43,574 nt of DNA from a virus. Lineage: Duplodnaviria; Heunggongvirae; Uroviricota; Caudoviricetes. Below, one piece after another: positions 18,981 through 29,617 of the stretch (position 1 is its first letter; the number at the start of each line of letters is the position of its first letter). The stretch spans positions 1 through 43,574 of IMG/VR virus record IMGVR_UViG_2718217869_000002, one strand, 5' to 3'. Both the position numbers and the translations under genes were made by a program. The notes under the pieces are model-generated. The model saw nothing but the letters and a program-made list of their open reading frames with translations. It was not told the origin of the DNA and made no database searches.

Positions 18981-19489
18981 GAGAACTAAACCTCACCAAA
19001 GAACAGCACGATTGGCTGAATGGATGGCTTGAACTGTGGGGCGCATGGGTTTATTCAGGTCGTCTGGAAAAGCGCATGAGCAGCGTAATAGCGAAGTTCA
19101 TGGAGAGCGTAGAGCCGGGAAGAATTATGACAAGGCCAATGTGTAATGATGATGATGGAATGTTGATTTCTCAGGTCGTCGATTCCGTCATGTACATTGA
19201 CAAGAAAGCCTTTGGCATCCTCCTCAGCTACTACGCTCATGGTTCATCTAAGAGAGCAATTGCATCCTACTATCACGCGACTGCAAAGCCACGCAAGATG
19301 TGTGGACGCGGTGGCGAGGGATGGAGAAAACCTTCACTGGCAACCTGTAGAAACGAAATTGACGATATCCTGAAAGCGTCATTATTTGTTTTGTACCAAC
19401 CAATGCAAAATGCTTTCAAAATGCGTAAACGTGTTGAGAAAGTTAAGCATGTTGCTGTTAAAAGCCTTGACATGCAATTAGCCATTTAG
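18971..19489 (+). CDS. Late-gene antiterminator Q (QuuD/phage 82-like family)
   Basis: 172 aa; WGAW...[10 protein letters not shown] motif shared with E. coli prophage Q-like antiterminators; position between nin genes and lysis cassette. Confidence 0.6.
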   Translation: MGIRELNLTKEQHDWLNGWLELWGAWVYSGRLEKRMSSVIAKFMESVEPGRIMTRPMCNDDDGMLISQVVDSVMYIDKKAFGILLSYYAHGSSKRAIASYYHATAKPRKMCGRGGEGWRKPSLATCRNEIDDILKASLFVLYQPMQNAFKMRKRVEKVKHVAVKSLDMQLAI

Positions 19490-20084
19490 CCATAATTAGA
19501 GGGTAAGCTGCCGTTAGTGACTCTTAAGTTGCAACGGTGGCTTTTTTGTTTGCACAACAGGTAAGAGCATTGAACCCGCAGACCTCGCGGAATTGGTGAA
19601 AGGTGCCGCGCAGTGCTCTTATCGTTGTGGTGAATACGCAGGCTGATGCGTTAATCAGGTGAACGAGACACCCGCCGGTCCGTGATATGGCACACCGTGC
19701 CGGTCATATCTGCCGCGGTTAGGTTTACGAGGATTTCGTAAAGCTGGTCTAGGGTGAAGCCGTGAAAGCGGAGGAAGTAAAACGAGGCGTCGGTACACGC
19801 CTATCGTCATTAAGTCGGAGTTCAGCACCGACCGCCACAACCCAACCTGAGCCGTAGCCACTGGCTATCCTGAATTCATCAGTGATAGTTATGCTGCGTC
19901 TTTCTACACATGACCTTCGTGAAAGCGGTGGCAGGAGGTTGCGCTAACAACCTCATGCCGTTTTGCCCGTGCATATCGGTCACGAACAAATCTGATTACT
20001 AAACACAGTAGCCTGGATTTGTTCTATCAGTAATCGACCTTATTCCTAATTAAATAGAGCAAATCCCCTTATTGGGGGTAAGAC

Positions 20085-20408
20085 ATGAAGATGCCAGAAA
20101 AACATGACCTGTTAGCCGCCATTCTCGCGGCAAAGGAACAAGGCATCGGGGCAATCCTTGCGTTTGCAATGGCGTACCTTCGCGGCAGATATAATGGCGG
20201 TGCGTTTACAAAAACAGTAATCGACGCAACGATGTGCGCCATTATCGCCTGGTTCATTCGTGACCTTCTCGACTTCGCCGGACTAAGTAGCAATCTCGCT
20301 TATATAACGAGCGTGTTCATTGGCTACATCGGTACTGACTCGATTGGTTCGCTTATCAAACGCTTCGCTGCTAAAAAAGCCGGAGTAGAAGATGGTGGAA
20401 ATCAATAA
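20085..20408 (+). CDS. S: Holin S (class I, dual-start MKM)
   Basis: 107 aa [39 protein letters not shown]... matches lambda S. Confidence 0.95.
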   Translation: MKMPEKHDLLAAILAAKEQGIGAILAFAMAYLRGRYNGGAFTKTVIDATMCAIIAWFIRDLLDFAGLSSNLAYITSVFIGYIGTDSIGSLIKRFAAKKAGVEDGGNQ

Positions 20409-20868
20409 TCAACGTAAGGCGTACCTCGATATGCTGGCGTGGTCAGAGGGAACTGATAACGGACGTCAGAAAACCAGAAATCATGGTTATGACGTCATTG
20501 TTGGCGGAGAGCTATTCACTGATTACTCAGATCACCCTCGCAAACTTGTCACGCTAAACCCCAAACTCAAATCAACAGCTGCCGGACGTTACCAGCTTCT
20601 TTCCCGTTGGTGGGACGCCTACCGTAAGCAGCTTGGCCTGAAAGACTTCTCTCCTAAAAGCCAGGATGCTGTTGCATTGCAGCAGATTAAGGAGCGTGGC
20701 GCTTTGCCGATGATTGATCGCGGTGATATCCGTCAGGCAATCGACCGTTGCAGCAATATCTGGGCTTCACTGCCGGGCGCTGGTTATGGTCAGTTCGAGC
20801 ATAAGGCTGACAACCTGATTGCAAAATTCAAAGAAGCAGGCGGAACGGTCAGAGAGATTGAGGTATGA
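20392..20868 (+). CDS. R: Endolysin R (lytic transglycosylase)
   Basis: 158 aa [39 protein letters not shown]... matches lambda R. Confidence 0.95.
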   Translation: MVEINNQRKAYLDMLAWSEGTDNGRQKTRNHGYDVIVGGELFTDYSDHPRKLVTLNPKLKSTAAGRYQLLSRWWDAYRKQLGLKDFSPKSQDAVALQQIKERGALPMIDRGDIRQAIDRCSNIWASLPGAGYGQFEHKADNLIAKFKEAGGTVREIEV

Positions 20869-21302
20869 GCAGAGTCACCGCGATTATCTCCGCTCTGGTT
20901 ATCTGCATCATCGTCTGCCTGTCATGGGCTGTTAATCATTACCGTGATAATGCAATCGCCTACAAAGAGCAGCGCGATAAGGCCACATCCACAATCGCTG
21001 ACATGCAGAAGCGTCAACGTGATGTAGCAGAACTTGACGCCAGATACACAAAGGAGCTTGCTGATGCTAACGCGACTATCGAAAGCCTCCGTGCTGATGT
21101 TTCTGCTGGGCGTAAGCGCCTGCAAGTCGCCGCCACCTGTGCAAAGTCAACGACCGGAGCCAGCAGCATGGGCGATGGAGAAAGCCCAAGACTTACAGCA
21201 GATGCTGAACTCAATTATTACCGTCTCAGAAGTGGAATCGACAGGATAACCGCGCAGGTTAACTACCTGCAGGAATACATCAGGACGCAATGCCTTCGAT
21301 GA
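20865..21302 (+). CDS. Rz: Spanin inner-membrane subunit Rz
   Basis: 145 aa with N-terminal TM helix and coiled coil; lambda Rz-like. Confidence 0.85.
   Translation: MSRVTAIISALVICIIVCLSWAVNHYRDNAIAYKEQRDKATSTIADMQKRQRDVAELDARYTKELADANATIESLRADVSAGRKRLQVAATCAKSTTGASSMGDGESPRLTADAELNYYRLRSGIDRITAQVNYLQEYIRTQCLR
21064..21249 (+). CDS. Rz1: Spanin outer-membrane lipoprotein Rz1 (embedded in Rz, +1 frame)
   Basis: 61 aa with lipobox LLGVSAC and Pro-rich mature region, nested within Rz. Confidence 0.7.
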   Translation: MLTRLSKASVLMFLLGVSACKSPPPVQSQRPEPAAWAMEKAQDLQQMLNSIITVSEVESTG

Positions 21303-21476
21303 TAGCGATAATTTTACTCATCATCCTTCACATCTGGCTCTGTAGACAGGGTGATGATCACTTCTGGAGTGAATCCAGATTAAACATCTCATTGCTGATG
21401 CTTGATATTGAGCATCTGGCGCGCGGTAAGGGGCTGCGTTGAGATAAGAGCCAGTCATTACAAATACCAGGATTTA

Positions 21477-21500
21477 GCCTCGCATTTGCGGGGCTTTTTT
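21477..21500 (+). terminator. Putative intrinsic terminator downstream of lysis cassette
   Basis: Hairpin GCCTCGCA-TT-TGCGGGGC followed by TTTTTT. Confidence 0.4.
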
Positions 21501-21648
21501 ACATCTGCAGTAAACCGCGCATCGCAGCGCGTAACAATCCCGAGTCTTTTAGAAAGCTGAGCCTGAGAATTGCCGTATATGGTGGCGACCATCTCGGGGA
21601 CGGCTTTTCTGTGCGAACAGGCTCATCTTTCTAAAAGGTAAAGACGCA

Positions 21649-22170
21649 ATGAACTACCCAACCGTTGTTAACGATATAGATTTCAGAGACCTAATTTTTG
21701 TAGCAAACAACGATCCGGTTACAGATTCTTTTATGGTGGCAAAAGCATTTGGAAAGCTGCCGAAGAACGTAGTCCGTGACATTGAGCGAACCATAGAAGC
21801 TTGCCCTCCTGAGTTTGATACAAAGCTCAACTTTGAGCTTTGCTATAAAAACAATGAGTTACAGAATGGTAAGCCGCAAAAATTCTACCGTCTCCGCAAG
21901 GATGGGTTGATGCTTTTGGTTATGTCCTACACCAAAAAAGAAGCAATGCGTATCAAAATTGCTTACATCAACGCATTTAACTGGATGTACGCCATGCTTC
22001 AGGTTGGTCATCTTCAATTTGAAGAAGAGAGAAATGCCGTAATGCTGGAGTACATGAAAGAGAAGGATGTTGCCAGCATGTCAGGTCGCCTGCTAAATCG
22101 CTGGGGAAAATTAAGAAGCCTCAGCTACTGGCGAGAATTGAACGCCTTGAACAGCACGGGCAAACCGTAA
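21649..22170 (+). CDS. Rha-family phage regulatory protein
   Basis: 173 aa; N-terminal region (NNDPVTDSFMVAKAFGK...VVRDIERTIE) typical of Rha-type proteins; from memory. Confidence 0.55.
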   Translation: MNYPTVVNDIDFRDLIFVANNDPVTDSFMVAKAFGKLPKNVVRDIERTIEACPPEFDTKLNFELCYKNNELQNGKPQKFYRLRKDGLMLLVMSYTKKEAMRIKIAYINAFNWMYAMLQVGHLQFEEERNAVMLEYMKEKDVASMSGRLLNRWGKLRSLSYWRELNALNSTGKP

Positions 22171-22349
22171 TCCCCGGACTCACTAATTAACGGCAGTACA
22201 GCGAAACAACCCAAGCCAGTAAGTGGGGAAATAACACTGGCAGCCACTGAAAGATGAACCTCCTGCCTTATGGCAAAAAAAGATTCTTTGTGGTGGCGGA
22301 CTGATGGAAAGACATCCTAATCAAGCAACCACTCCACAGGGTCATAATT

Positions 22350-22730
22350 ATGAACGACCAGCAAATCGAAAAAGAAATCGTTGAGAAAGGCAAAACCGCT
22401 CCGAGAATCACTCCGCAGCACATCGAAGACGTGATTAAAAGCGAGCATTACTTTACTGCTTATGATGGACGTAATGGTGCCATTTCCAGCAACGAATATT
22501 GTGGCAGGGAAAAACCAGAAGAAGGCGATCGTGATTTATCACCATTGAAGTTGCTCACTTTCTGCGTACTGGTGCTGAAGAATGGCTTCACCGTCACCGG
22601 AGAGAGTGCCTGTGCAAGTCCGGAAAATTTTGATGCAGAAATTGGTCGGAAGATTGCCCGGCAAAATGCTGTAAACAAAATCTGGATGCTTGAAGGTTAC
22701 TTGCTGAAGCAGAAGCTAAGCGAACAGTAG
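22350..22730 (+). CDS. Hypothetical phage protein
   Basis: 126-aa ORF with AT-rich upstream region; no confident family. Confidence 0.45.
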   Translation: MNDQQIEKEIVEKGKTAPRITPQHIEDVIKSEHYFTAYDGRNGAISSNEYCGREKPEEGDRDLSPLKLLTFCVLVLKNGFTVTGESACASPENFDAEIGRKIARQNAVNKIWMLEGYLLKQKLSEQ

Positions 22731-22833
22731 TTATTACAAAAGCCATTCCCTACAGAGTGGCTTTGATAATGGCTTATACCCTACACGGGATAACTTAACT
22801 GATATCCCTTTTAACGGATAAACGGAGCCAACA

Positions 22834-23076
22834 ATGGCAGAGATTATTCCCATGACTGAAGAACAGAAATTCCAGTTAGAGATTTACAAGCTGGTCATGA
22901 ACCAGAACGCAGCCGCAGAAGAAGCATTTCAATTCATTGGCACTGACGAACTGAAGCTTGAGCTATTCAAAATTCACTTCCAGTCAGGCGGCGCTAATTC
23001 AGATATCACGACCCGCACAATCGAAGCGGTGCGTAAATCGAAGGAAGCGTTAGACCTGTTCACTACCGGAGCATAA
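22834..23076 (+). CDS. Hypothetical phage protein
   Basis: 80-aa ORF immediately upstream of terminase small subunit gene. Confidence 0.45.
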   Translation: MAEIIPMTEEQKFQLEIYKLVMNQNAAAEEAFQFIGTDELKLELFKIHFQSGGANSDITTRTIEAVRKSKEALDLFTTGA

Positions 23077-23078
23077 AC

Positions 23079-23519
23079 ATGGCGCGCCCAACAAAGTATC
23101 AAGAGGCGTATGCCGAACAGGCACGCAAACTGTGCTTGCTGGGCTACACCGATGCAGAACTTGCTGATTTCTTTGAAGTCAGTGAGTCAACTATTAACAA
23201 GTGGAAGCTTGATTATCCTAAGTTTTCGGAGTCCATAAAAAAGGGTAAGGCAGTCGCTGATGCAGAGGTTAGTGATCGTCTTTATCAACGCGCTATGGGC
23301 TTCGTGGCTCCAGACATCGATATTCGTGTTATTGAAAACAGAATTGTCGAAACTCCGCTTGAGAAGTATTACCCGCCTGATACAACCGCTGCCATCTTCT
23401 GGCTTAAGAATCGACAGAAGGATAAATGGCGCGACAAGGTTGATCACGAGCTAACCGGCAAAGACGGCGGCGCAATCCAGATTGAAACATCGCCGATGAG
23501 TACTCTATTCGGAAAATGA
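23079..23519 (+). CDS. Terminase small subunit (Sf6 gp1-like)
   Basis: 146 aa; C-terminus ...NELTGKDGGAIQIETSPMSTLFGK as in Sf6-type small terminase; overlaps large subunit start. Confidence 0.8.
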   Translation: MARPTKYQEAYAEQARKLCLLGYTDAELADFFEVSESTINKWKLDYPKFSESIKKGKAVADAEVSDRLYQRAMGFVAPDIDIRVIENRIVETPLEKYYPPDTTAAIFWLKNRQKDKWRDKVDHELTGKDGGAIQIETSPMSTLFGK

Positions 23520-24931
23520 CCTCGATTAATCCTATCTTTGAACCGTTCATTGAGGCGCATCGCTACAAAGTCGCCAAAGGCGGTCGAGGTAGCGGTAAGT
23601 CATGGGCAATTGCGAGGCTGCTTGTTGAAGCGACGCGCCGGCAGCCTGTGCGTATTCTCTGCGCTCGTGAACTGCAAAACAGTATCAGCGATTCGGTAAT
23701 CCGACTGCTTGAAGACACCATAGAGCGGGAAGGGTATTCGGCTGAGTTTGAAATTCAGCGTTCAATGATTCGTCATCTCGGATCGAATGCTGAGTTCATG
23801 TTCTACGGCATCAAAAACAACCCGACGAAGATTAAATCGCTCGAAGGCATTGATATCTGCTGGGTGGAAGAAGCGGAAGCGGTAACAAAGGAATCGTGGG
23901 ATATCCTGATACCAACCATCCGCAAGCCGTTTTCCGAAATATGGGTGAGCTTTAACCCGAAGAACATACTCGACGATACCTATCAGCGATTCGTTGTAAA
24001 TCCTCCCGATGATATTTGCCTGCTGACGGTGAACTACACCGACAACCCGCACTTTCCTGAAGTTCTCCGTCTGGAGATGGAAGAGTGCAAACGCAGAAAC
24101 CCGACACTGTATCGTCACATCTGGCTTGGTGAGCCAGTAAGCGCAAGTGATATGGCAATCATCAAACGTGAATGGCTTGAAGCCGCAACCGATGCGCACA
24201 AGAAACTCGGATGGAAAGCGAAAGGCGCTGTTGTCTCTGCGCATGACCCATCAGATACAGGGCCAGATGCTAAAGGTTATGCATCGCGTCACGGTTCGGT
24301 AGTTAAGCGCATTGCCGAAGGTCTGCTGATGGATATCAACGATGGTGCTGACTGGGCTACTTCGCTGGCAATTGAAGACGGCGCTGACCATTACCTGTGG
24401 GATGGTGATGGTGTTGGTGCTGGGCTACGCAGACAGACAACGGAAGCGTTCTCCGGCAAGAAAATCACCGCCACGATGTTCAAGGGTAGCGAATCGCCAT
24501 TCGATGAAGATGCGCCGTATCAGGCCGGAGCATGGGCTGATGAAGTCGTACATGGCGACAACGTTCGCACTATTGGCGATGTATTCCGCAATAAGCGAGC
24601 GCAATTCTATTACGCGCTGGCTGACAGGCTGTATCTGACATATCGGGCGGTTGTTCACGGTGAGTATGCAGACCCCGACGACATGCTGAGTTTCGACAAA
24701 GAAGCGATAGGCGAGAAGATGCTGGAGAAGCTGTTTGCAGAACTGACGCAGATTCAGCGCAAATTCAATAACAACGGGAAGCTGGAGCTAATGACTAAGG
24801 TCGAAATGAAGCAGAAGCTCGGTATTCCATCTCCTAACCTGGCTGATGCGCTGATGATGTGTATGCATTGCCCGGAGTCGGCTGCGCAACCCGACTATTC
24901 CAGTTACTCAATTCCTTGTGGTGTAGGTTGA
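23516..24931 (+). CDS. Terminase large subunit
   Basis: 471 aa with Walker A KGGRGSGKS and C-terminal nuclease region; gene order. Confidence 0.9.
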   Translation: MTSINPIFEPFIEAHRYKVAKGGRGSGKSWAIARLLVEATRRQPVRILCARELQNSISDSVIRLLEDTIEREGYSAEFEIQRSMIRHLGSNAEFMFYGIKNNPTKIKSLEGIDICWVEEAEAVTKESWDILIPTIRKPFSEIWVSFNPKNILDDTYQRFVVNPPDDICLLTVNYTDNPHFPEVLRLEMEECKRRNPTLYRHIWLGEPVSASDMAIIKREWLEAATDAHKKLGWKAKGAVVSAHDPSDTGPDAKGYASRHGSVVKRIAEGLLMDINDGADWATSLAIEDGADHYLWDGDGVGAGLRRQTTEAFSGKKITATMFKGSESPFDEDAPYQAGAWADEVVHGDNVRTIGDVFRNKRAQFYYALADRLYLTYRAVVHGEYADPDDMLSFDKEAIGEKMLEKLFAELTQIQRKFNNNGKLELMTKVEMKQKLGIPSPNLADALMMCMHCPESAAQPDYSSYSIPCGVG

Positions 24932-24932
24932 T

Positions 24933-27131
24933 ATGGCAGAAAAAAAGATGACTGACTGGCATCGCAAGGTGCTGTGCAACTTTGATAATGCCTGGTCAGC
25001 AACGCAGGATATGCGTGAGCAGATTATTGAGGCTCAACGTTTCGTCCGGGTATCCGGCGCACAGTGGGAAGGCAGCACAAACGCTGGTTACTCATTTGAT
25101 GAAGGAAGGTTTGAGCATTACCCGCGCTTTGAACTGAATAAGATTGCCCGTGAATGTGATCGCATCATTGGCGAGTATCGACAGAATCGCATAAGCGTTA
25201 AATTCAGGCCGAAGGACGATAAGGCATCGGAAGCGTTAGCCGAAAAGATGAACGGCAAATTCCGCGCTGACTATCAGGAAACATCCGGTGGCGAAGCGTG
25301 TGATAACGCATTTGATGATGCTGTAACTGGCGGATTCGGTTGTTTCCGCATGTGTGCCGATTACGAAGATGAAATGGATCCGAGTAACGAGCAGCGACGC
25401 ATCAGTCTTCTTCCTGTTTACGACCCAGCGACATGCGTCTTCTTCGATCAGGACAGCAAGCAATATGACCGCTCTGATGCTATGTGGGCTATGGAAATGT
25501 TCTCCATGACGCCTAAAGCGTTCGAGGCTGAATACCCTGATTCCATCGCGGCAAGCCTTTCTCGTGATGACACTGGCACTCAATATGACTGGTCAACGCC
25601 CGATGCCATCTATGTTGGACGCTACTACGAAGTTCGCATAGAGAAGGTGAAGCTCACGGCGTGGCGCAACCCTGTTAGCGGAGAAACGGCAATCTATGAT
25701 GAAGAGCAAATCAAAGATATTGTCGACGAGCTGACCGATGGTGCATTCGAACTGATTGGCGAGCGAACGGTGAAGAAGCGCCGCGTTTATTGCGGTCTTC
25801 TGTCTGGCGCTGAATGGCTGGAAGAACCGAAGCGTATTCCGGGTGAACATATTCCTCTCATCCCGGTATATGGGCGTCGCTCATTTGTTGATAATCAGGA
25901 GCGAATCGAAGGCCACGCTGCAAAAGCGATGGATGCACAGCGTCTTGAGAACCTGATGGTTTCCATGATTGCAGATAACGCTACTCAGGCTGGCGGTGAT
26001 GGCATTCCTATCGTGGATGTTGATTTCATTCCCGGTCCATTAATGAATCACTGGGCAGAGAGGAATAAGAAAAGACCTGCAGTTCTTCCCATGACCAGCA
26101 AGAAGGACAAAAACGGAACGGTCATTTCAGAGGCTCAGGTTGCTGGCTGGACACCTCAGACACAAATGCCTCCAGCTCTTGCCGGGCTATTGCAGTACAC
26201 CGGAACGGCTATTCAGCAAATTACAGGTGCGTCGCAGCTTGAGAACATGCCGAGCAACGTCGCCACCGATACCGTTGATAGCATTTTTAACCGGATGGAC
26301 ACGCAGTCCTATATCTACATGGACAACATGGCTAAATCCATGCGCCGCGCTGGCGTTGTGTGGCTTTCTATGGCGCGTGAGGTCTATGGCAGTGATACGC
26401 CGATGCGTATCGTTAATGAGGACGGCAGCGATGACGTGGCGCTGATGACTGGTGAAGTGGTTGACCGTCAGACAGGGCAGGTTATCGCGCTTAACGACCT
26501 TTCGCAGGGTAACTATGAAGTGACTGTCGATGTCGGTCAGTCGTTCGCTACTCGCCGTGATGCAACGGTTAAGTCGTTACTTTCCATGCTGGCACTTATC
26601 CCACCAGGAACGCCGAAGCACGACCTTGTATCGTCGATGATTCTCGACAATATGGACGGCGAAGGGATGGACGACCTGAAAGAATACAACCGCAATCAGT
26701 TGCTTCTGTCTGGCGTTATCAAGCCGAGAACGCCTGAAGAACAGCAGATGGTTGAACAGGCGAAACAACAACAGGCCAGTCAGCCAGATCCGGCTATGGT
26801 TGCAGCGCAAGGTCAGCTTCTTGCTGGTCAGGCTGAATTGCAGAAAGCGCAGAACGAACAGGCAGCCATTCAGGTTAAAGCATTCCAGGCACAGACGGAT
26901 GCTCAGGTTGCTGCGGCAAATGTTGTGAAAATCCTCGCATCTGCCGATAGCCAGCAAAAATCTGATATCCGTGAGGCGCTGAAACTGCTCGGACAGTTCC
27001 AGCAACAGCAAGGAGATAATGCCCGTGCTGATGCAGAGCTTGTCCTGAAAAGTCAGGCACAGGGCCATGCGCAGCGCATGGACATCAGCAGCATCCTGCA
27101 AAAATCAACTCAGCAACAACCACAGCAGTAA
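24933..27131 (+). CDS. Portal protein (P22 gp1-like)
   Basis: 732 aa; conserved stretches (GEHIPLIPVYG, Gln-rich C-terminal barrel region ...PDPAMVAAQGQLLAGQAELQKAQN...) match P22 portal. Confidence 0.9.
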   Translation: MAEKKMTDWHRKVLCNFDNAWSATQDMREQIIEAQRFVRVSGAQWEGSTNAGYSFDEGRFEHYPRFELNKIARECDRIIGEYRQNRISVKFRPKDDKASEALAEKMNGKFRADYQETSGGEACDNAFDDAVTGGFGCFRMCADYEDEMDPSNEQRRISLLPVYDPATCVFFDQDSKQYDRSDAMWAMEMFSMTPKAFEAEYPDSIAASLSRDDTGTQYDWSTPDAIYVGRYYEVRIEKVKLTAWRNPVSGETAIYDEEQIKDIVDELTDGAFELIGERTVKKRRVYCGLLSGAEWLEEPKRIPGEHIPLIPVYGRRSFVDNQERIEGHAAKAMDAQRLENLMVSMIADNATQAGGDGIPIVDVDFIPGPLMNHWAERNKKRPAVLPMTSKKDKNGTVISEAQVAGWTPQTQMPPALAGLLQYTGTAIQQITGASQLENMPSNVATDTVDSIFNRMDTQSYIYMDNMAKSMRRAGVVWLSMAREVYGSDTPMRIVNEDGSDDVALMTGEVVDRQTGQVIALNDLSQGNYEVTVDVGQSFATRRDATVKSLLSMLALIPPGTPKHDLVSSMILDNMDGEGMDDLKEYNRNQLLLSGVIKPRTPEEQQMVEQAKQQQASQPDPAMVAAQGQLLAGQAELQKAQNEQAAIQVKAFQAQTDAQVAAANVVKILASADSQQKSDIREALKLLGQFQQQQGDNARADAELVLKSQAQGHAQRMDISSILQKSTQQQPQQ

Positions 27132-27221
27132 TTAACCCATAACGTGCAATGGCTGTCTTTATGAGGCCTGGCACCCTATTGCCTTCCGATGGGCTTAACA
27201 TCGAGTAAACAGGGGTAACAA

Positions 27222-28115
27222 ATGGACCAGATGGCAGAAAACACACCAGAAGTTGAAATCGAAACCGACGCGTCAGAGCAGATTCCTGATGATGTCGAAC
27301 TGGCTGAAGAAGTCGAAACAGAAGATGGCAGTGAGTCCTCAGGCAATGATGCAGAGGAAGCTACTGAAACTGATGACGACGAATCAGAACAGGAATTCTA
27401 CTTTGGTGACGAAAAGCTGGATTCGCCAACCAGCGAAGATGGCGCAGAGCATGGACTGGTAAAACACCTGCGCAAGACGATTAAAGAGAAAGACCGCGAG
27501 CTGAAAGAGCTGATGCGCCAGTCTCAGAAACCCGTCGAGCAGCAGCCGGTAATTACTCAACCACCGCGAATGCCAAAACTGGATGATGAGGACATCGGTT
27601 TCGATGAAGAAATCTACCAGCAACGCATGGCTAAGTGGGCAGAGGATAACGGCAAGTACCAGCAACAGGAGATGGCTCGCAAGCAGAAGGAGCAGGAGCT
27701 TCAGGCTGCCTATCAAGAGCGATTATCCAAATATCAGCAACGTGTTAAGGCTCTCAAAGTTCCTGGCTATCAGGAAGCTGAGCAGGCCGTACTCGAGGAA
27801 ATCCCCATCGAGACACAAAACGCGATCTTGTTTGAGTCAGAGAAGCCGGAAATCGTTGTTCTGGCACTCGGTCGCAACGCTGAACTGCGCAAGCAACTGG
27901 CAGAAGCTACCAACCCCGTAGCAATTGGTCGTCTGCTGGAACGTATCGAATCGAAGGCCAGAATCATGCCAAAAGCAAAAACCACGGCAGCCACAACCCC
28001 GACAGTTAAGGGGAGCAACGGCGCAGTAATCAACAACCTCGACAAACTGAAAGCCAAGGCGCTGGAAACTGGTGACTGGACGCCGTATTTCGCCGCTAAA
28101 AAGGCAAAAAAATAA
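27222..28115 (+). CDS. Scaffolding protein
   Basis: 297 aa, highly acidic N-terminus and helical charged body; position between portal and coat. Confidence 0.75.
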   Translation: MDQMAENTPEVEIETDASEQIPDDVELAEEVETEDGSESSGNDAEEATETDDDESEQEFYFGDEKLDSPTSEDGAEHGLVKHLRKTIKEKDRELKELMRQSQKPVEQQPVITQPPRMPKLDDEDIGFDEEIYQQRMAKWAEDNGKYQQQEMARKQKEQELQAAYQERLSKYQQRVKALKVPGYQEAEQAVLEEIPIETQNAILFESEKPEIVVLALGRNAELRKQLAEATNPVAIGRLLERIESKARIMPKAKTTAATTPTVKGSNGAVINNLDKLKAKALETGDWTPYFAAKKAKK

Positions 28116-28133
28116 CCTATCGGAGCATTAAGC

Positions 28134-29387
28134 ATGGCTAACCAATTAGCAAAAGACCTTGAAATCATGTTCGAAAACTACGTTGAAGGCTTTGAGGCCG
28201 CCTGCGTAGTTTCCCGTAACGCTAAAAAATTCCGTCCCGGTGATACAGCAATGCAGCGAGCAGGTGATGTTCTGTATCGTCCGCAGCATTACCACATGAA
28301 CATTGAGGAAGGCCTCGATCTCAGCAGCAAAACGCCAACAGCACTGGTTCAGCGCCTTGTTCCTTCAGTGTTCAAGGAGCCGAAAAACATTCTGTACACT
28401 CTGGATGCGCGTGAAATGCGTGACCCTGAGCATAAAACTGAAGCTGGTCGAGCCGCAGGTATGCGCCTTGCTGCACAGATTGACTCGGACCTGATTTCCA
28501 TGGTCACGCAGCGTGCTACTAACGTGATCACAATGGCTGACTCAACCACAGGTACACAGGGCCGTGATTTGTGGAACTGTGCGGCAGGTATTGATGCCAC
28601 CATGACGGCGATTGGTGTACCTCAGGGTATAAACCGTCGCTCTTTCTGGAACCCCTTCAACTACAAAGACCTTGCTGGCGAGCTTGGTCACCGTGCCTAT
28701 GCTCAGGGCGCAACCCTGACAGCATACGAAAAAGCGCAGATCCCTCCGGTTGCGTCCTTCGATAGCTACAAGACCGATATTTCTGGTCGTGTTCCGAAGG
28801 GTACAGCAACTTCCATTACGCTGGCAGCAGCACCTGCGCACAAGGTTGAAGCGAAAGATGCTAACGATATGCCAGTGGATAACCGACAGGGGACCATTAC
28901 GGTATCTGCTGAAGGTTTGCAGGTTGGCGATGCGTTTACCATCGCAGGGGTGAATTCTGTACACCAGATCACCAAAGATACCACCGGGCAGCCGCAGGTA
29001 TTCCGCGTTCTGGCAGTAAGCGGAACGACAGTAACTATCTCCCCGAAAATTCTGCCGCCTGACAACGCGGATGTCGCCAGCCGACCATATGCAAACGTTG
29101 ATGCTAATGCGGCAAGTAGCGCAGCAATCACCATTCTCAACAAAAATGCCGCACCGGCTAACCTGTTCTGGGCTGATGGTTCTGTTGAACTGATGTACGG
29201 CAAGCTGGCGTTCCCAACTGGTCAGGGTCCACAGGTAATGACAGCAACCACCGAGCAGGGCGCTACGCTGATCATGTCTTACGCCTTCGACCACATCAAA
29301 GGTGTAACCACTGCGCGTTTCACCACCCTGTACGGTTGCTCTGTACTTGTTCCTGAATATACGGGCATCGTTATTGCCGGGCAGTAA
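28134..29387 (+). CDS. Major coat protein (P22 gp5-like)
   Basis: 417 aa; C-terminal region resembles P22 coat; followed by strong terminator hairpin. Confidence 0.85.
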   Translation: MANQLAKDLEIMFENYVEGFEAACVVSRNAKKFRPGDTAMQRAGDVLYRPQHYHMNIEEGLDLSSKTPTALVQRLVPSVFKEPKNILYTLDAREMRDPEHKTEAGRAAGMRLAAQIDSDLISMVTQRATNVITMADSTTGTQGRDLWNCAAGIDATMTAIGVPQGINRRSFWNPFNYKDLAGELGHRAYAQGATLTAYEKAQIPPVASFDSYKTDISGRVPKGTATSITLAAAPAHKVEAKDANDMPVDNRQGTITVSAEGLQVGDAFTIAGVNSVHQITKDTTGQPQVFRVLAVSGTTVTISPKILPPDNADVASRPYANVDANAASSAAITILNKNAAPANLFWADGSVELMYGKLAFPTGQGPQVMTATTEQGATLIMSYAFDHIKGVTTARFTTLYGCSVLVPEYTGIVIAGQ

Positions 29388-29394
29388 TTTTGGT

Positions 29395-29417
29395 GGGGCT
29401 TCGGCCCCATTTTTATT
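29395..29417 (+). terminator. Intrinsic terminator after coat gene
   Basis: GGGGC-TTCG-GCCCC hairpin followed by ATTTTTATT. Confidence 0.7.
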
Positions 29418-29428
29418 GGGAGAAGACA

Positions 29429-29617
29429 ATGGCACGAACAATGCTCTATAAGCCTGGCAACATGATCACCTGTGGTCAGTTTGCTGTCGATTACATCATT
29501 GTTGATGACGAAGAAGTTAAATCTCACCTGAAAAAAGGCTGGGTAAAAACTCCTGAAGAAACCGCAACGAAGCATAAAGTGGCTAAGGCGGAAGAAGATG
29601 GCGAAAACGAAGGGTGA
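29429..29617 (+). CDS. Small hypothetical head-module protein
   Basis: 62 aa; GGGAGAAG RBS; lies between coat and gp4-like genes as small ORFs do in P22. Confidence 0.45.
   Translation: MARTMLYKPGNMITCGQFAVDYIIVDDEEVKSHLKKGWVKTPEETATKHKVAKAEEDGENEG

Noticed and set aside
19490-20084. Shiga toxin or other cargo genes between Q and S
   Set aside because: No ORF of appropriate size on either strand in this interval.
23762-24244. 160-aa minus-strand ORF
   Set aside because: Antisense within the terminase large subunit gene; shadow ORF.
26577-27101. 174-aa minus-strand ORF
   Set aside because: Antisense to the portal gene 3' end; no RBS or start context; shadow ORF.
28542-29441. 299-aa minus-strand ORF
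   Set aside because: Lies entirely antisense to the coat protein gene; Cys/Arg-rich low-complexity translation; shadow ORF.
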